The notes below the pieces were generated by a model that saw only the letters and a program-made list of their open reading frames with translations, made no database searches and was not told the DNA's origin. From positions 59,636 to 123,635 of the forward strand of contig JADZCM010000014.1 of the NCBI GenBank assembly GCA_020851555.1: 64,000 nucleotides of DNA, written 5' to 3'. Of this stretch, positions 45,044-55,841 are shown piece after piece. Position 1 is the first letter of the stretch; each line of letters starts with the position of its first letter. The DNA is from Bryobacterales bacterium (GTDB lineage Bacteria > Acidobacteriota > Terriglobia > Bryobacterales > Bryobacteraceae). The position numbers were made by a program, and so were the translations under genes.

Positions 45044-47764
45044 TCAGGGCAGCGAGACGGGCTGCGCGCCGGCGTAATGCAATCCGTTGAAAAGCAGCTT
45101 GAACGTGGCGTGCGGCTGCGCGCGGAAGGCGATCTCAGGACCGAACAGGAAGACCTTCCCCCGGCCGAGCGCCGCTTCCACGACGGCAGTGCCGCCGTCC
45201 AGGTACTGCTGCCCCCACGCCCATCCGCTCGTGAGCACCTCCGGCCCGCTGAACCAGCCCACGGGCGCAGTGCGCTTGAGCGGCGCGTCGGGTTCCAGAC
45301 GGAACACCGGGCTGTTGTTGAAGAACACCTGCACCTCGCCGGGCATCCCGTAGGCCAGCGGGTGGTTGCCGTCCAGAGTCATCCGGAGCAGCGAACCCGG
45401 AACGTAGTACTTCTCGCGCGGCAGCGCCCTCTCCCGCCCCTCGGCGGTCATTTCCACGAGGTAGCTCTTCACCGGCAGACCAAGCAACTGGGCCATCCCC
45501 GTGGAACTGCCGATCGCGACAAGCGCACCTCCGTTTTCCACGAACTTCCGGATCTCGGGCATGGTCCTGTCTTCAGAGATGCGTCCCAGCCAGCCTCTGT
45601 ACTGCTCGGGGATGGTCTGGGGATCCGGCCCGCGGGCGTCCGCCGCTTTCGCCACCCTGGCCGCGCCGTCGGTGAACACCAGAACGTCAAACCTGCCGGC
45701 CAGGTTGCCGGCGTCGAGGATGCCCGGATACACGACCTCGAACGGGAACTCGAACTGCTCCAGCAGCCAGCGGGTCCAGCCCGACGTCATCGAACCTCCG
45801 TACTGGTCGTACAGCCCGACTCTTACGGGCTTCAGCTTCAGCGATTCCCCCGCCGGCGCCTGAGCCACCGCCGTCACCGGCACGCCCAGATCCTTGGCGC
45901 CCGCCTCCAGCACCGGCCGCGCCGCGGGGCAGGCCGGCACCCAGATGGAACCGGCGTCAGGCGTCCCGGACTTCAACCAATGCACGGCGCAGCCTGCCTT
46001 CAGGAGGCGGTTCACGACGATGAATGAGTTGTTGATGCGGTGGCTTATCAAGTACCCGGCTGGATCCGCCGGTCCTGTAATATCGGCCGGCGGCGGCGGC
46101 AGCAGGCCGCGCAGCGCAACAAAGGGGCCGTCGAAGCCATCCAGGATGCGGTCGAATTCCACGCCCATCTGCAAGGCCAGGGTCCAGCCCGCGGCATCGT
46201 AAGGCGGGATAGGGGGCCCTCCGGGATAGAGGAAATCGTTGGGGTGGTCCTGCGGCTCGAACATGTCCATGATATGCGGCCGGAAAGCCTGGGCCGTCTT
46301 CACAACCAGGGAGCCCGCCGGATAGCTCTTGCCGGCCACCTGGAAGGGCGCGACCGCCCGGTGAACGGTGATGCCGGTCTTGAGCAGGGCGTTCACGAAA
46401 GCAGTCGCCGTGGGGAAGTCGGCCTGGCCGGACGGGATGATGTAGCCCCTGGGATCGCGCGCCGCCGGGACGTGCAGGACGCTTTCGTAGAGACTGGAGG
46501 GAAGCGGCCGCGACGTGGAGGCTTTTTCCAGGGCCGCGATGCGTTTGGGGGTGATGGTCCAGTTATCCTTGCTTCCCCTCTCGATCGAATTGCGCCCCAT
46601 GCGCCAGAGGTTGAACAGGAAGGTCTCCCTGTAGCGCGATGCCAGATCCAGAATGGCCCGGTTGTTGGTGATGGAGTAGTCAATCGACTGGCGGAAGCGC
46701 CACTTCTGAGGAGGCACGGGGAGGGGCCAGTCGCTCGACGGCAACTGCTTGCCGGCCACCAGGGGCACCTCCATCGGCGTCGGGTTCCCTATGATTTCCG
46801 TCAGGATTCCGATCATGTTGTGGAAATAGGTGATGGTCCGCAAGCCGCCGTTATACCAGGTCGAGTAGTTGGCGCCGGAGCGCATGACCGAACCGCCCTT
46901 GCCCTCGGCCACCAGGCGGCTGTGCATCGCCGTACCGACCAGTTCAACCCCCAGGGGCACCAGCGGGTCGAAGTGGTAATTGAAGGGGTCGCGGAAAGGC
47001 GGCATGAAGACCACGGTGCCGGCGGGACCGCTCTGGTGGTGGTTGTACATGATCTGCGGAAACCACTCCAGGAAGAGCTGCCGGTTCATGTTGGTGGTCT
47101 CCGGCATGTTGGAAATGTAGAAGTCGCGGTTGTTGTCGTGTCCGACGTACTTCTGGTAGAGGCGCGGCAGGTTGGACAGGCTGCGCCGCGCGGGATCGGT
47201 TTCCCGCATGTACCAGCCGGCGACCAGTTCCTGCCCGTCCGGGTTGGCGGCCACGCAGAGCAGGATCACGTCGTCCAGGAACCGCATGGTTTCCGGGTCG
47301 GTGCGGCTCACCATCTGGTAGACCATCTCCATGAGTTGCTGAGACCCCACGGTCTCCGTGGCGTGCAGGCCCCCGTCGATCCAGACGACGGCCTTCCCCT
47401 CCCGCGCAAGCGCCCTGGCCTGGTCTTCGGTCAAGTCCGCGGCCAAGGCCAGCCGGCGGGAGATCTCCTGGTAGCGCGTCAGGTTCTTCAAATTGGCCGG
47501 TGAGCTGATGACGGCCATGTACTGCCGCCTGCCCTCCGCCGTGGGACCGATGTCGACCAGGTTCATCCGGTCCGATTCCGAGTCGAGCCGCTTCCAGTAG
47601 GCCTCCAGTTGCGAGTAGCTCGCCAGGTGGTAGTCATCGCCGATGCGGAAGCCAAGCGCCTGTTGAGGGTCCGTTATGCGGGGCGGAGCCTGCGCGGCCA
47701 GCAGCCCGCGGCAGCAAACCAGCATCAAGAGGATCAGGGAAAGGTGCAAGCGTGTCGTTCTCAT
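45044..47764 (-). CDS. M14 family metallocarboxypeptidase-like protein (large, secreted)
   Basis: It has a signal peptide. [23 protein letters not shown] is the HxxE zinc-site context of M14. There is a long C-terminal extension. Confidence 0.75.
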   Translation of the reverse strand: MRTTRLHLSLILLMLVCCRGLLAAQAPPRITDPQQALGFRIGDDYHLASYSQLEAYWKRLDSESDRMNLVDIGPTAEGRRQYMAVISSPANLKNLTRYQEISRRLALAADLTEDQARALAREGKAVVWIDGGLHATETVGSQQLMEMVYQMVSRTDPETMRFLDDVILLCVAANPDGQELVAGWYMRETDPARRSLSNLPRLYQKYVGHDNNRDFYISNMPETTNMNRQLFLEWFPQIMYNHHQSGPAGTVVFMPPFRDPFNYHFDPLVPLGVELVGTAMHSRLVAEGKGGSVMRSGANYSTWYNGGLRTITYFHNMIGILTEIIGNPTPMEVPLVAGKQLPSSDWPLPVPPQKWRFRQSIDYSITNNRAILDLASRYRETFLFNLWRMGRNSIERGSKDNWTITPKRIAALEKASTSRPLPSSLYESVLHVPAARDPRGYIIPSGQADFPTATAFVNALLKTGITVHRAVAPFQVAGKSYPAGSLVVKTAQAFRPHIMDMFEPQDHPNDFLYPGGPPIPPYDAAGWTLALQMGVEFDRILDGFDGPFVALRGLLPPPPADITGPADPAGYLISHRINNSFIVVNRLLKAGCAVHWLKSGTPDAGSIWVPACPAARPVLEAGAKDLGVPVTAVAQAPAGESLKLKPVRVGLYDQYGGSMTSGWTRWLLEQFEFPFEVVYPGILDAGNLAGRFDVLVFTDGAARVAKAADARGPDPQTIPEQYRGWLGRISEDRTMPEIRKFVENGGALVAIGSSTGMAQLLGLPVKSYLVEMTAEGRERALPREKYYVPGSLLRMTLDGNHPLAYGMPGEVQVFFNNSPVFRLEPDAPLKRTAPVGWFSGPEVLTSGWAWGQQYLDGGTAVVEAALGRGKVFLFGPEIAFRAQPHATFKLLFNGLHYAGAQPVSLP

Positions 47765-47953
47765 GGCGGAAGGGCCGATTCTCTGATTATGGCGCGTGCC
47801 GGTCCGCGCCGTTTTGCCCGTACCGGAAGGAGGCCGCGGCAGGTCCGTCGCCGCGGGCCGGAAGCCGGCGGACCGGCGGCGCTCCGCAGCAGGTTTGTCC
47901 GCGGAGGATCGGTGCTAGAATCCATGAAAGACCAGGTAGGCGACGGTCCGCTT

Positions 47954-48280
47954 ATGCCGGAAAAGAAGGACGCTGGAATGGACAAACTGGCGCAGAACAT
48001 CCAGGAAGCCTTTCTGAACAACGCGCGAAAAGACAAGACGTTCCTTACGATCTATTTGATGAGCGGGGTTAAGCTGTCCGGGCGCATCAAGAGCTTCGAC
48101 AAGTACTCGGTGGTCCTGGAGAGTAACAACCAGGAGCAACTCGTATTCAAGCACGCCATCTCCACGGTTGTGGTTTCCAAGTCCTCCCATTCGTTCGCCG
48201 CGGCTTCCCGCTCTCAGGCGGGCGGCCACGCTGCGCCGCCTCATGCGGCGCATCCTGTCGAGGACGAGCCTGAGACCTAG
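47954..48280 (+). CDS. hfq: RNA chaperone Hfq
   Basis: The Sm motifs are [57 protein letters not shown]. An alternative start is ATG 47978 (MDKLAQN). Confidence 0.92.
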   Translation: MPEKKDAGMDKLAQNIQEAFLNNARKDKTFLTIYLMSGVKLSGRIKSFDKYSVVLESNNQEQLVFKHAISTVVVSKSSHSFAAASRSQAGGHAAPPHAAHPVEDEPET

Positions 48281-48303
48281 ACGGTCCGGGCGGAAGTGAC
48301 CCG

Positions 48304-49599
48304 TTGGAACGCGCGGTACTCGTCGGAGTGGAATTCAGCCGCCGCCGGCGCGCGCGGGCGGGAACACAGGCGGCGCGTCCGGGCCGGGGCGCCGAGGACT
48401 CCATGGCCGAACTGGCCTTGTTGGCGGAGAGCGCCGGCGCCATCGTCCTGGAGCAGGTGGTTCAGACCCGCCCCGCTCCCGAGGCGGCCACTCTCATCGG
48501 TTCCGGGAAGGCCGAGGAGTTGGCGATCCTGGCCGGCCAGCACCAGGCGGACGTGGTGGTCTTCGACCAGGAATTGACTCCTACCCAGCAGCGGAACCTG
48601 GAGCGCGCGCTGGGCTGTAAAGTCATCGACCGGACACAACTGATCCTGGATATCTTCGCCCGGCGCGCCAGGACGCGCGAGGGCCAGATCCAGGTGGAGT
48701 TGGCCCAGTTGGAATACCTGCTGCCGCGGCTTGCCGGACGCGGGAAAGAGATGTCCCGGCTGGGAGGCGGCATCGGCACGCGGGGACCGGGCGAGATGCA
48801 ACTGGAGACCGACCGTCGAAGGATCTTCCGGCGCACCCGCAAGATCAAGGAGGAACTGGAGCAGGTGCGCCGGCACCGTTCGGTCCAGCGCCGGCAGCGG
48901 GGCGCCGTGCCCTTGGCCACCGCCGCGCTCGTCGGCTACACCAACGCAGGCAAGTCGACGTTGTTCAACAGGCTCACTCAGGCGGCGGTCGCCGCCGACG
49001 CCCGGCTGTTCGCCACGTTGGACCCCACCATACGCGCCGTCACCCTGCCCAGCAACCGCCGCGTTCTGCTGAGCGACACGGTGGGGTTCATACAGAACCT
49101 CCCCACGAACCTGATTCAGTCTTTCCGGGCCACGCTGGAGGAGGTCTCCCAGGCGTCTCTGCTCGTGCACGTGGTCGACGCCTCCAGCGAATCCGCGCTG
49201 GAGAAAGCGGCCCACGTGGACAAGGTGCTTGCGGAACTGGGTTGCGCCCAGACGCCCCAATTGCTGGTTCTGAATAAGATCGACCTGTTGGAGGACGCCG
49301 CGGCCGCACCGGAGCCGCTGGCCCGGAGCGGCCGGGCGCCCGCCGGATGGGTCAGGCTCTCCGCCCTGACGGGCGAGGGACTGGACGGGCTTCTGGCCGC
49401 CGTCGACCGTCTGTTGCCGGTCGACCCGGTGTCAAGGCTGAAGCTCCGCATCCCGCTGGGCGAAGGCGCCGCGCTGCACCTGCTGCATGAACGCGCGCGC
49501 GTGCTTTCGCTCAGCTACTCGGCGTCGGAGTGCGAAGTGGAGGCCGAGGTTCCGGAGTCGATTGCCCGCAGGCTGGCGTCCTTCATTGTGAAGGCGTGA
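48304..49599 (+). CDS. hflX: GTPase HflX
   Basis: TTG start. ERAVLVGV, LAESAGA, the glycine-rich GGGIGTRGPGE, G1 GYTNAGKST, DTVGF and NKID are present. The hfq-hflX synteny is conserved. Confidence 0.92.
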   Translation: MERAVLVGVEFSRRRRARAGTQAARPGRGAEDSMAELALLAESAGAIVLEQVVQTRPAPEAATLIGSGKAEELAILAGQHQADVVVFDQELTPTQQRNLERALGCKVIDRTQLILDIFARRARTREGQIQVELAQLEYLLPRLAGRGKEMSRLGGGIGTRGPGEMQLETDRRRIFRRTRKIKEELEQVRRHRSVQRRQRGAVPLATAALVGYTNAGKSTLFNRLTQAAVAADARLFATLDPTIRAVTLPSNRRVLLSDTVGFIQNLPTNLIQSFRATLEEVSQASLLVHVVDASSESALEKAAHVDKVLAELGCAQTPQLLVLNKIDLLEDAAAAPEPLARSGRAPAGWVRLSALTGEGLDGLLAAVDRLLPVDPVSRLKLRIPLGEGAALHLLHERARVLSLSYSASECEVEAEVPESIARRLASFIVKA

Positions 49600-49654
49600 A
49601 GCCGGCGGCCGGGTTGTCCGGCGCGGTCCGCCGTTCTATAGTTGGTGTGACCGG

Positions 49655-50308
49655 ATGAATTTCCCGAACCTCCTCACGATCCTCCGGATCTTCTTCGTGC
49701 CGCTGCTGGTGGCGGTGGTGATGCATGGGTCTCCGCGCCTCGAGATCCGGGGCTTCGTGATCGCCAGCGACCTGCTGGCGCTGGGGATATTTCTGGCCGC
49801 GGCCACCACGGACTTGTTGGACGGTTACCTGGCCAGAAGATGGCGGCAGGTCACAACGGTGGGAACGCTGCTCGACCCCATCGCGGACAAACTGCTGATC
49901 TCCGCGGCTCTCATCGCTCTGGTGGAAGTGCGGCTGGTCCCCGCCTGGATGGTCATCCTGGTCGTTGGCCGCGAGTTCGCCATCTCGGGGCTGCGAAGCA
50001 TTGCCGCGGCCGAGGGGTACACGATCAAGGCCAGCGACCTGGCGAAGACCAAGATGGTCACCCAGGTGATCGCGGTGAGCCTGCTCCTGCTGAGCATGCG
50101 CTTTCCGGGCGTGCATCGCTGGGCCCTCCTATGGATGTGGGGGATGCTGGCTTTCTCGCTGGCGTCGGCGGCCGCCTATTTCCGGAAATTCTGGCGGCGC
50201 GTGGACGAGCGCGTGAAGCTGCGCCGGCGGAAGGAACTGTTGCTGCTCGCCAGGAGGCAGCGGCGTAAACTGCGCGCCGCGCGCGCCGCCGGGAATCCTG
50301 CTCCTTAA
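49655..50308 (+). CDS. pgsA: CDP-diacylglycerol--glycerol-3-phosphate 3-phosphatidyltransferase
   Basis: The N-terminus is NLLTILRIFFVP. The CDP-alcohol phosphatidyltransferase motif is DLLDGYLARRWRQVTTVGTLLDPIADKL. Confidence 0.88.
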   Translation: MNFPNLLTILRIFFVPLLVAVVMHGSPRLEIRGFVIASDLLALGIFLAAATTDLLDGYLARRWRQVTTVGTLLDPIADKLLISAALIALVEVRLVPAWMVILVVGREFAISGLRSIAAAEGYTIKASDLAKTKMVTQVIAVSLLLLSMRFPGVHRWALLWMWGMLAFSLASAAAYFRKFWRRVDERVKLRRRKELLLLARRQRRKLRAARAAGNPAP

Positions 50309-50538
50309 CGGGGCGGCGGCGTGGAACAGCACAGCCTGCGCGGCAGGTTCACCACGCCGCGATCGAAGCTGTCGGGAGCTCCCCCCGGAGAAGCCACTGC
50401 TCGTGGGGTGTTCCAAATCTTTCCCGGCGCATTACCAACGTACTGGAACCCCATTTGCAGCGGTCGAAAAGAAGTAAACCAGCAGCAGTATTGTGCTTGC
50501 CGTAACAAGCCCCGATACGGAGGGCTGAGAACAACACG

Positions 50539-51276
50539 ATGGCAGCAATGTGCCGTAACTACCGGTTCCTCTCACAATCCGTTTTGCTCTTTGCACTCTT
50601 CCTTCTGGCGGGGCTCTGCATCCCCCAGCCGGCCTCCGGCTCGCTGGTAGTGGCGTACTTCGCGGAGAACCTGTACACCTCCACCGTCGAGCGGACCGTG
50701 AACGACGGGGCTAACTGGTACACCACCACGGTCGGCCTGTTTCGCTTCCAGCGTGGAGGCGGTGACTACCCGGGCTTCAGCGCCATTGACTTCTACGCCT
50801 TCTGCATCGAACCGCGGGAGTTTGTTTCCGTCGGGACGACATACACCTACGACTGGAGCGTCCTTGAGGACGGCGCAACCAACATCGGCGGCATGGGGAT
50901 TGCCAAAGCCACCCTGTTGAGCGAACTCTATGCCCAGTACTACCCGAGCTTCCTCCCGGTGTTGAACCAGGACAAGGCCGGAGCGCTTCAGATCGCAACC
51001 TGGGAGATCGTCCGCGAAACCTCGGGAACCATGAACGTGCTTGAAGGAACCACCCGCTTCCGCAATGCCGCCAACCCGACCACCATGACGCTTGCCCAGT
51101 CTTACCTGGACAGCTTGACCGGCGCCGGTCCCTATATGGACGTCGTTGCCGCGCTCACGGCCGTGGGCGGTGTCCAGGACGTGGTGGTCCACGACAACCC
51201 GGAACCGGGGACGCTTGCCCTGCTTGGGCTCGGTCTGCTGGCCCTGGCTGCCGCCGGTAAAGTCCGGAAGCGCTAG
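50539..51276 (+). CDS. PEP-CTERM sorting-domain protein
   Basis: It has a signal peptide. The C-terminus is NPEPGTLALLGLGLLALAAAGKVRKR (PEP motif, TM helix, basic tail). Confidence 0.85.
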   Translation: MAAMCRNYRFLSQSVLLFALFLLAGLCIPQPASGSLVVAYFAENLYTSTVERTVNDGANWYTTTVGLFRFQRGGGDYPGFSAIDFYAFCIEPREFVSVGTTYTYDWSVLEDGATNIGGMGIAKATLLSELYAQYYPSFLPVLNQDKAGALQIATWEIVRETSGTMNVLEGTTRFRNAANPTTMTLAQSYLDSLTGAGPYMDVVAALTAVGGVQDVVVHDNPEPGTLALLGLGLLALAAAGKVRKR

Positions 51277-51387
51277 CGGCCGCCGGCAAGTTTCGTCTCC
51301 CGGCGAAGCAGGCGGCTCCGCTTGTCCCCGCGGGCGGGGGGTCCCTTCCCTGGCGTTCTGTCTGGAGCCTTCCGTCGCTGGCCTATA

Positions 51388-52449
51388 ATGATCGGTTCGG
51401 TGAGCCGGACGGACAACCCCGACATCACGGTCGTAGTGGTGAACTGGAACCGCCGCGAGTTGCTCCGCGAGTGCCTGGATTCCCTCGCCGGGCAGCAGGG
51501 CGCGGACTTCGAGGTAATCGTGGTGGACAACGGCAGCCACGACGGTTCCCCGGAGATGGTGGGCGAAGAGTACGTCGGGCGCGCCGGCCTCCGGATCCAA
51601 CTTATCCGCAATCCCCAAAACCGGGGCTTCTGCGCCGCCAACAATCAGGGTTTCGCCGCGGCCCGGGGCCGGTTCCTGGCGTTGCTCAACAACGACGCCG
51701 AAGCCGATCCGGGATGGCTCGCGGCCCTGCGGAGAACGTTCCAGGACCGTCCTGGCATCGGCATGGCCGCCTCGAAGATTCTGGTGCATGAAGACCCGCG
51801 CCGCATCGACAAGGTGGGACACCTCATGTACCCCGACGGGCAGAACCGGGGGCGCGGCACCGGCGAACTGGACGCCGGACAGTACGACCGTCTCGAGGAG
51901 ACGCTCTGGCCGGACGGTTGCGCCGCCATGTACCGGCGGGAGATGCTGGAGGAGATTGGCGGCTTCGACGAGGACTTCTTCGCGTACGGCGACGACGCTG
52001 AATTGGGCCTGCGCGCCCGCATAGCCGGTTGGGGCTGTCTGTACGTGCCGGATGCGGTTGTCCGTCATCACCGGGGCTCGACGCTCGGGATCCTGTCCAG
52101 CCGGCGGCTGGAATTGATCGAGCGGAACCGGGTCCTGCTGGCGGTGAAACTGTTTCCGTGGAGCCTGCTATGGCTGAACGGCCCATACTACCTCGCGAGA
52201 GTTGCCGCCGGAGCGCTGGCAGCCGCGTCAGGCAAGGGCGAGATCGGGAGATTCCGTACATGGCCGGAGAAACTCCGGGCGGCCCGCGCGGTGTTGACGG
52301 GGGATATGCAGGCGCTGCGCCTGCTGCCCAGGATGCTCCGCAAGCGCCGCCGGCTGAAAGCGCTCCGGAAGCTGTCGCCGCGCCAGGTGAAAGAGCTGTT
52401 GCGGCGGCACCGGATTCCGTTGCGGAAGCTGTCGGAGAGCGCGGCCTGA
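51388..52449 (+). CDS. Family 2 glycosyltransferase
   Basis: ITVVVVNWNRRELLRECLDSL, VIVVDNGSHDGS, NRGFCAANNQG and the DxD-like FAYGDDAEL are present. The start was chosen at ATG 51388; the ORF is open from 51322. Confidence 0.85.
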   Translation: MIGSVSRTDNPDITVVVVNWNRRELLRECLDSLAGQQGADFEVIVVDNGSHDGSPEMVGEEYVGRAGLRIQLIRNPQNRGFCAANNQGFAAARGRFLALLNNDAEADPGWLAALRRTFQDRPGIGMAASKILVHEDPRRIDKVGHLMYPDGQNRGRGTGELDAGQYDRLEETLWPDGCAAMYRREMLEEIGGFDEDFFAYGDDAELGLRARIAGWGCLYVPDAVVRHHRGSTLGILSSRRLELIERNRVLLAVKLFPWSLLWLNGPYYLARVAAGALAAASGKGEIGRFRTWPEKLRAARAVLTGDMQALRLLPRMLRKRRRLKALRKLSPRQVKELLRRHRIPLRKLSESAA

Positions 52450-52511
52450 TTCCGAAGGATTCCAGCCAGGGTTGCGCCGCCTGCGGCTCCGCCGAGTTCA
52501 CCCCGCTGTTT

Positions 52512-53411
52512 ATGGCGACCGACCGTCTCTACCGGACGACCGGCAAACAGTTCCGCATCGTGGAGTGCCGGCGCTGCCGCCTGATCCGCCTCCATCCCCA
52601 GCCCCCCGCTCACGAACTGCGCCAGTACTACCCCGAACAGTATTGGTTCGACCCGGCTGAACAGGGCGCGGACCGCCTTCAAGAGGCCTACCGCAGGTTC
52701 GTGGTCCGGGATCACGTCCGGTTCGTGCGCCGCGCGCTGGCTTCCTCCGGAGGACAGGGAGCGGTACTCGACGTGGGCTGTGGCGGCGGCCTTTTCCTGA
52801 GCGAACTGGCCCGTACCGGCCACCCGGTCGTGGGCCTCGATTTTTCGATAGATGCGGCCGGCATCGCCTGGCGGCGGAAAGGGGTGCCGGCCGTATGCGC
52901 CTCTCTGGCGCGCGCGCCGTTCGCGCCCGGCGCCTGCTCGGCGGTCACCATGTTCCACGTGCTGGAGCACCTCTATGAACCGCCGGCTTACCTGGAAGCC
53001 GCGCGGGAGTTGCTCCGGCCCGACGGCCGCCTGGTGATTCAGGTGCCGAACGCCTCCAGTTGGCAGTTCCTCCTGCTGGGGGAGAACTGGAGCGGGCTGG
53101 ACGTTCCCCGCCATCTTTTCAGCTTCCGCCTGCACGACGTGGAAGTCCTTCTGGACCGATGCGGTTTCGAGCCCATCCGCTACAAGCACTTCTCGCTGCG
53201 CGACAATCCCGCCGGCCTGGCCACCAGCCTGGCGCCCGCGCTCGACCCCATGGCGCGCCGGGTCCGGCGCGTCGCGGAAGGGCCCAAGCAGCGGCTGCTG
53301 AAGGATCTGCTCTACTTTTGCCTGGTCACGGCGTGTCTGCCCGCCACCCTTGTCGAGGCGGCTTGCCGCGCGGGTTCGACCGTCATGGTGGAGGCCCGCA
53401 AGAAGAAGTGA
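52512..53411 (+). CDS. Class I SAM-dependent methyltransferase (start uncertain)
   Basis: VLDVGCGGGLF (motif I) and AVTMFHVLEHLYEP are present. The first canonical start downstream of the GT2 stop is ATG 52512, but in-frame zinc-ribbon-like CAAC lies upstream of it (see findings). Confidence 0.7.
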   Translation: MATDRLYRTTGKQFRIVECRRCRLIRLHPQPPAHELRQYYPEQYWFDPAEQGADRLQEAYRRFVVRDHVRFVRRALASSGGQGAVLDVGCGGGLFLSELARTGHPVVGLDFSIDAAGIAWRRKGVPAVCASLARAPFAPGACSAVTMFHVLEHLYEPPAYLEAARELLRPDGRLVIQVPNASSWQFLLLGENWSGLDVPRHLFSFRLHDVEVLLDRCGFEPIRYKHFSLRDNPAGLATSLAPALDPMARRVRRVAEGPKQRLLKDLLYFCLVTACLPATLVEAACRAGSTVMVEARKKK

Positions 53412-54097
53412 CTTCCAGGTTCCCCCGATGGCTGGTTGGGACGGCGCTGGCGCGCCACGTGCTCCCTTTTGAGGAAGCCATCCGGCAGGCGGTCCTCGAA
53501 CTGGCGGCGGCCTTGCCGGCCGGCGCGCTGGTGCTGGACGCCGGCGCCGGAGAAACCCAGTACGCACCGTGCTTTTCCCGCCAGCGTTACGTCGGCGTAG
53601 ACCTCGCCGTGGGTGATGCCGAGTGGGACTACGGGTCGCTGGACGTGATCTCAGACCTGACCCGGCTTCCCTTCGCCTCGGGGAGCTTCGACGCCTGCCT
53701 GAACATCGTCACGCTGGAGCATCTTCCCGAGCCGGCCTCCGCCCTCACCGAGACGGGACGCGTGCTCAAGCCCGGAGGGGTGCTGTTGCTGGCGGCCCCG
53801 CTGGTGTGGGAAATCCACCAGGCGCCGCACGATTTCTTCCGCTTCACGAGTTATGGCGTACGGTACCTGCTTGAAAAGGCCGGCTACACGGAGATTGCGG
53901 TCCGGCCCGTGGGCGGCTTCTTCCGCCTGCTCACCCGGCTGCTGCTCTACGGGCTCCGGTTCTTCCCCGCCCCGCTGCGCTACCTTGTGGCGCTGCTGGC
54001 GGCGCCGGTCGCGCTGGTTTTGCCCATCTTCAACTTCCTGGACCGGGATCGCATCTTCGCCCTGGGTTACGTATGCACTGCAAGAAAGCCATCCTGA
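53408..54097 (+). CDS. Class I SAM-dependent methyltransferase
   Basis: GTGA overlap with the preceding stop. VLDAGAGETQY (motif I), FDACLNIVTLEHLPEP and LKPGGVLLLAAP are present. Confidence 0.8.
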   Translation: MTSRFPRWLVGTALARHVLPFEEAIRQAVLELAAALPAGALVLDAGAGETQYAPCFSRQRYVGVDLAVGDAEWDYGSLDVISDLTRLPFASGSFDACLNIVTLEHLPEPASALTETGRVLKPGGVLLLAAPLVWEIHQAPHDFFRFTSYGVRYLLEKAGYTEIAVRPVGGFFRLLTRLLLYGLRFFPAPLRYLVALLAAPVALVLPIFNFLDRDRIFALGYVCTARKPS

Positions 54098-54942
54098 TTC
54101 TCTGGGCCACCGCGGCCGCGGCGGCCGGCTTCAGCGGCGCTTCGGCGCTGAAGTTCACGGCGGACGCCGTGGCGTTCGGTCCCCGGACGCCTGGGTCCGG
54201 GGCGCTCGGCGAACTCCGGGAATACATCCGCTCCAACCTGAAGCAGTGCCGCTGTGAGGTCTCGGAAGACGCCTTCACGGCCCGGACGCCGGCCGGTCCG
54301 ATTTCCATGCGCAACATCATTGCCCGGTTTCCGGGCAATTCGGGCCGGGCCATCGCCGTCACGGGGCACTATGACACCAAGGTCTTCCGCGACTTCCGGT
54401 TCGTGGGCGCCAATGATGCCGGCTCCTCGACGGGGTTTCTGCTGGAGCTGGCGCGGGTGCTCGCGGGCGCTCCCCGCAAGGACGACGTCTACCTGGTCTG
54501 GTTTGACGGTGAGGAGGCCTTCGGCGAGTGGTCCGCCACCGACGGCCTTTACGGCAGCCGCCACCTGGCCGCCCGGTGGGCGGCGGACGGCACGGCCAGG
54601 CGTCTTAAGGCCCTCATCAACGTGGACATGATTGGGGACAGGGATCTTGCAATCGCAAAGGATTCCCTGTCTTCGCCCGTGATCGGACGGCTGGTGTGGC
54701 AGGTCGCCTCGGACCTCGGCTACGGCCGCCATTTTCTGAACCAGGGGACGGCGGTCGAGGACGACCATATCCCGTTTGCGCGGCTGGGCGTGCCGGCGCT
54801 GGACCTGATCGACTTCGATTACGGGCCGGACAATTCCTGGTGGCATACCGAGGAGGACACCATGGACAAGCTCAGTGCGAGCAGCTTCCAGGTGGTGGGC
54901 GACGTGGTGCTGGAAACCATCCGGCGGCTGGAGCGGCAGTGA
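54073..54942 (+). CDS. M28 family peptidase (glutaminyl-cyclase/aminopeptidase-like)
   Basis: It has a signal peptide. The metal-ligand contexts are VTGHYD, GANDAGSSTG, FDGEE, INVDMIG and DDHIPF. Confidence 0.85.
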   Translation: MHCKKAILILWATAAAAAGFSGASALKFTADAVAFGPRTPGSGALGELREYIRSNLKQCRCEVSEDAFTARTPAGPISMRNIIARFPGNSGRAIAVTGHYDTKVFRDFRFVGANDAGSSTGFLLELARVLAGAPRKDDVYLVWFDGEEAFGEWSATDGLYGSRHLAARWAADGTARRLKALINVDMIGDRDLAIAKDSLSSPVIGRLVWQVASDLGYGRHFLNQGTAVEDDHIPFARLGVPALDLIDFDYGPDNSWWHTEEDTMDKLSASSFQVVGDVVLETIRRLERQ

Positions 54943-55721
54943 GCACGGCGCCCCTGGTCGAGTTCCGCAACGTGACCGTGGTGCGCGGAGATCGGGCGGC
55001 CCTGGACCGCGTTTCGCTCTCGATCGCTCCCGGCGAGCACGTGGCCATTCTTGGCCCCAATGGGAGCGGAAAGTCCACGCTTATCAAAACGATTACGCGG
55101 GAGTGCTACCCCATTCAGGCCACGGGATCATCCGTGCGCATCCTGGGGGAGGAACTCTGGAACGTCTTCGATCTGCGCGTGCTGGTCGGAATCGTCTCGG
55201 GCGACTTGTTCGAGAACTGCCGTTGGGATGTCTCCGGAGAGGAGGCGGTCCTGTCCGGCTTCTTCAGCAGCATCGGCATCTGGCCCAACCACGAGGTCAC
55301 GGCGCGGATGCGGAAGAAGGCGCTGGAGGCTCTGGCGCGGCTCGGCGCCGCGCACCTTGCCGCCAGGAGCATCCACGAGATGTCCAGCGGGGAGTTGCGC
55401 CGCGTCCTGATCGCCAGGGCGCTGGTCCACGACCCCAAAGCCCTGGTGCTGGATGAGCCGTCCAACAGTCTCGATATTCACGCCCGGAGGCAGTTGCTCG
55501 GGGCTCTGTCGCGCCTGGCCGCGGGCGGCATCAGCATCGTCATGGTCACCCACCAACTGGAGGACATCCTGCCGGACATCCGGCGCGTCATTCTGCTGCG
55601 CCGCGGGCGGGTATTCCGGGACGGGCCGAAGGACGCCATGCTGACGCCGGACCTGCTCTCGGCGGTCTTCGAGACGCCCGTGGCAGTGGACCGGTTTGAC
55701 GGCCGCTACCGCATGCGGTAA
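54939..55721 (+). CDS. ABC transporter ATP-binding protein (no adjacent permease)
   Basis: GTGA overlap with the M28 stop. Walker A is GPNGSGKST, the signature is MSSGELRRV, Walker B is LVLDEPS, and the H-loop is VTHQ. Confidence 0.85.
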   Translation: MSTAPLVEFRNVTVVRGDRAALDRVSLSIAPGEHVAILGPNGSGKSTLIKTITRECYPIQATGSSVRILGEELWNVFDLRVLVGIVSGDLFENCRWDVSGEEAVLSGFFSSIGIWPNHEVTARMRKKALEALARLGAAHLAARSIHEMSSGELRRVLIARALVHDPKALVLDEPSNSLDIHARRQLLGALSRLAAGGISIVMVTHQLEDILPDIRRVILLRRGRVFRDGPKDAMLTPDLLSAVFETPVAVDRFDGRYRMR

Positions 55722-55841
55722 CCGCGCCCCCGGGAGCCTGGCGCCGGAGGCCGGGGACAGCCGGCAGGCGGGCCCTGGTCCCGGCGCCTTGACCCTCCCA
55801 GCGCGCCTGATATATGCTCGGACGCGGGAGTCCGAAATCTC

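Noticed and set aside
42517-46027. Two long plus-strand ORFs (630 aa and 658 aa) across the polX / CDF / M14 region
   Set aside because: They are antisense to three motif-supported minus-strand genes, with Arg/Gly/His-rich artefactual composition.
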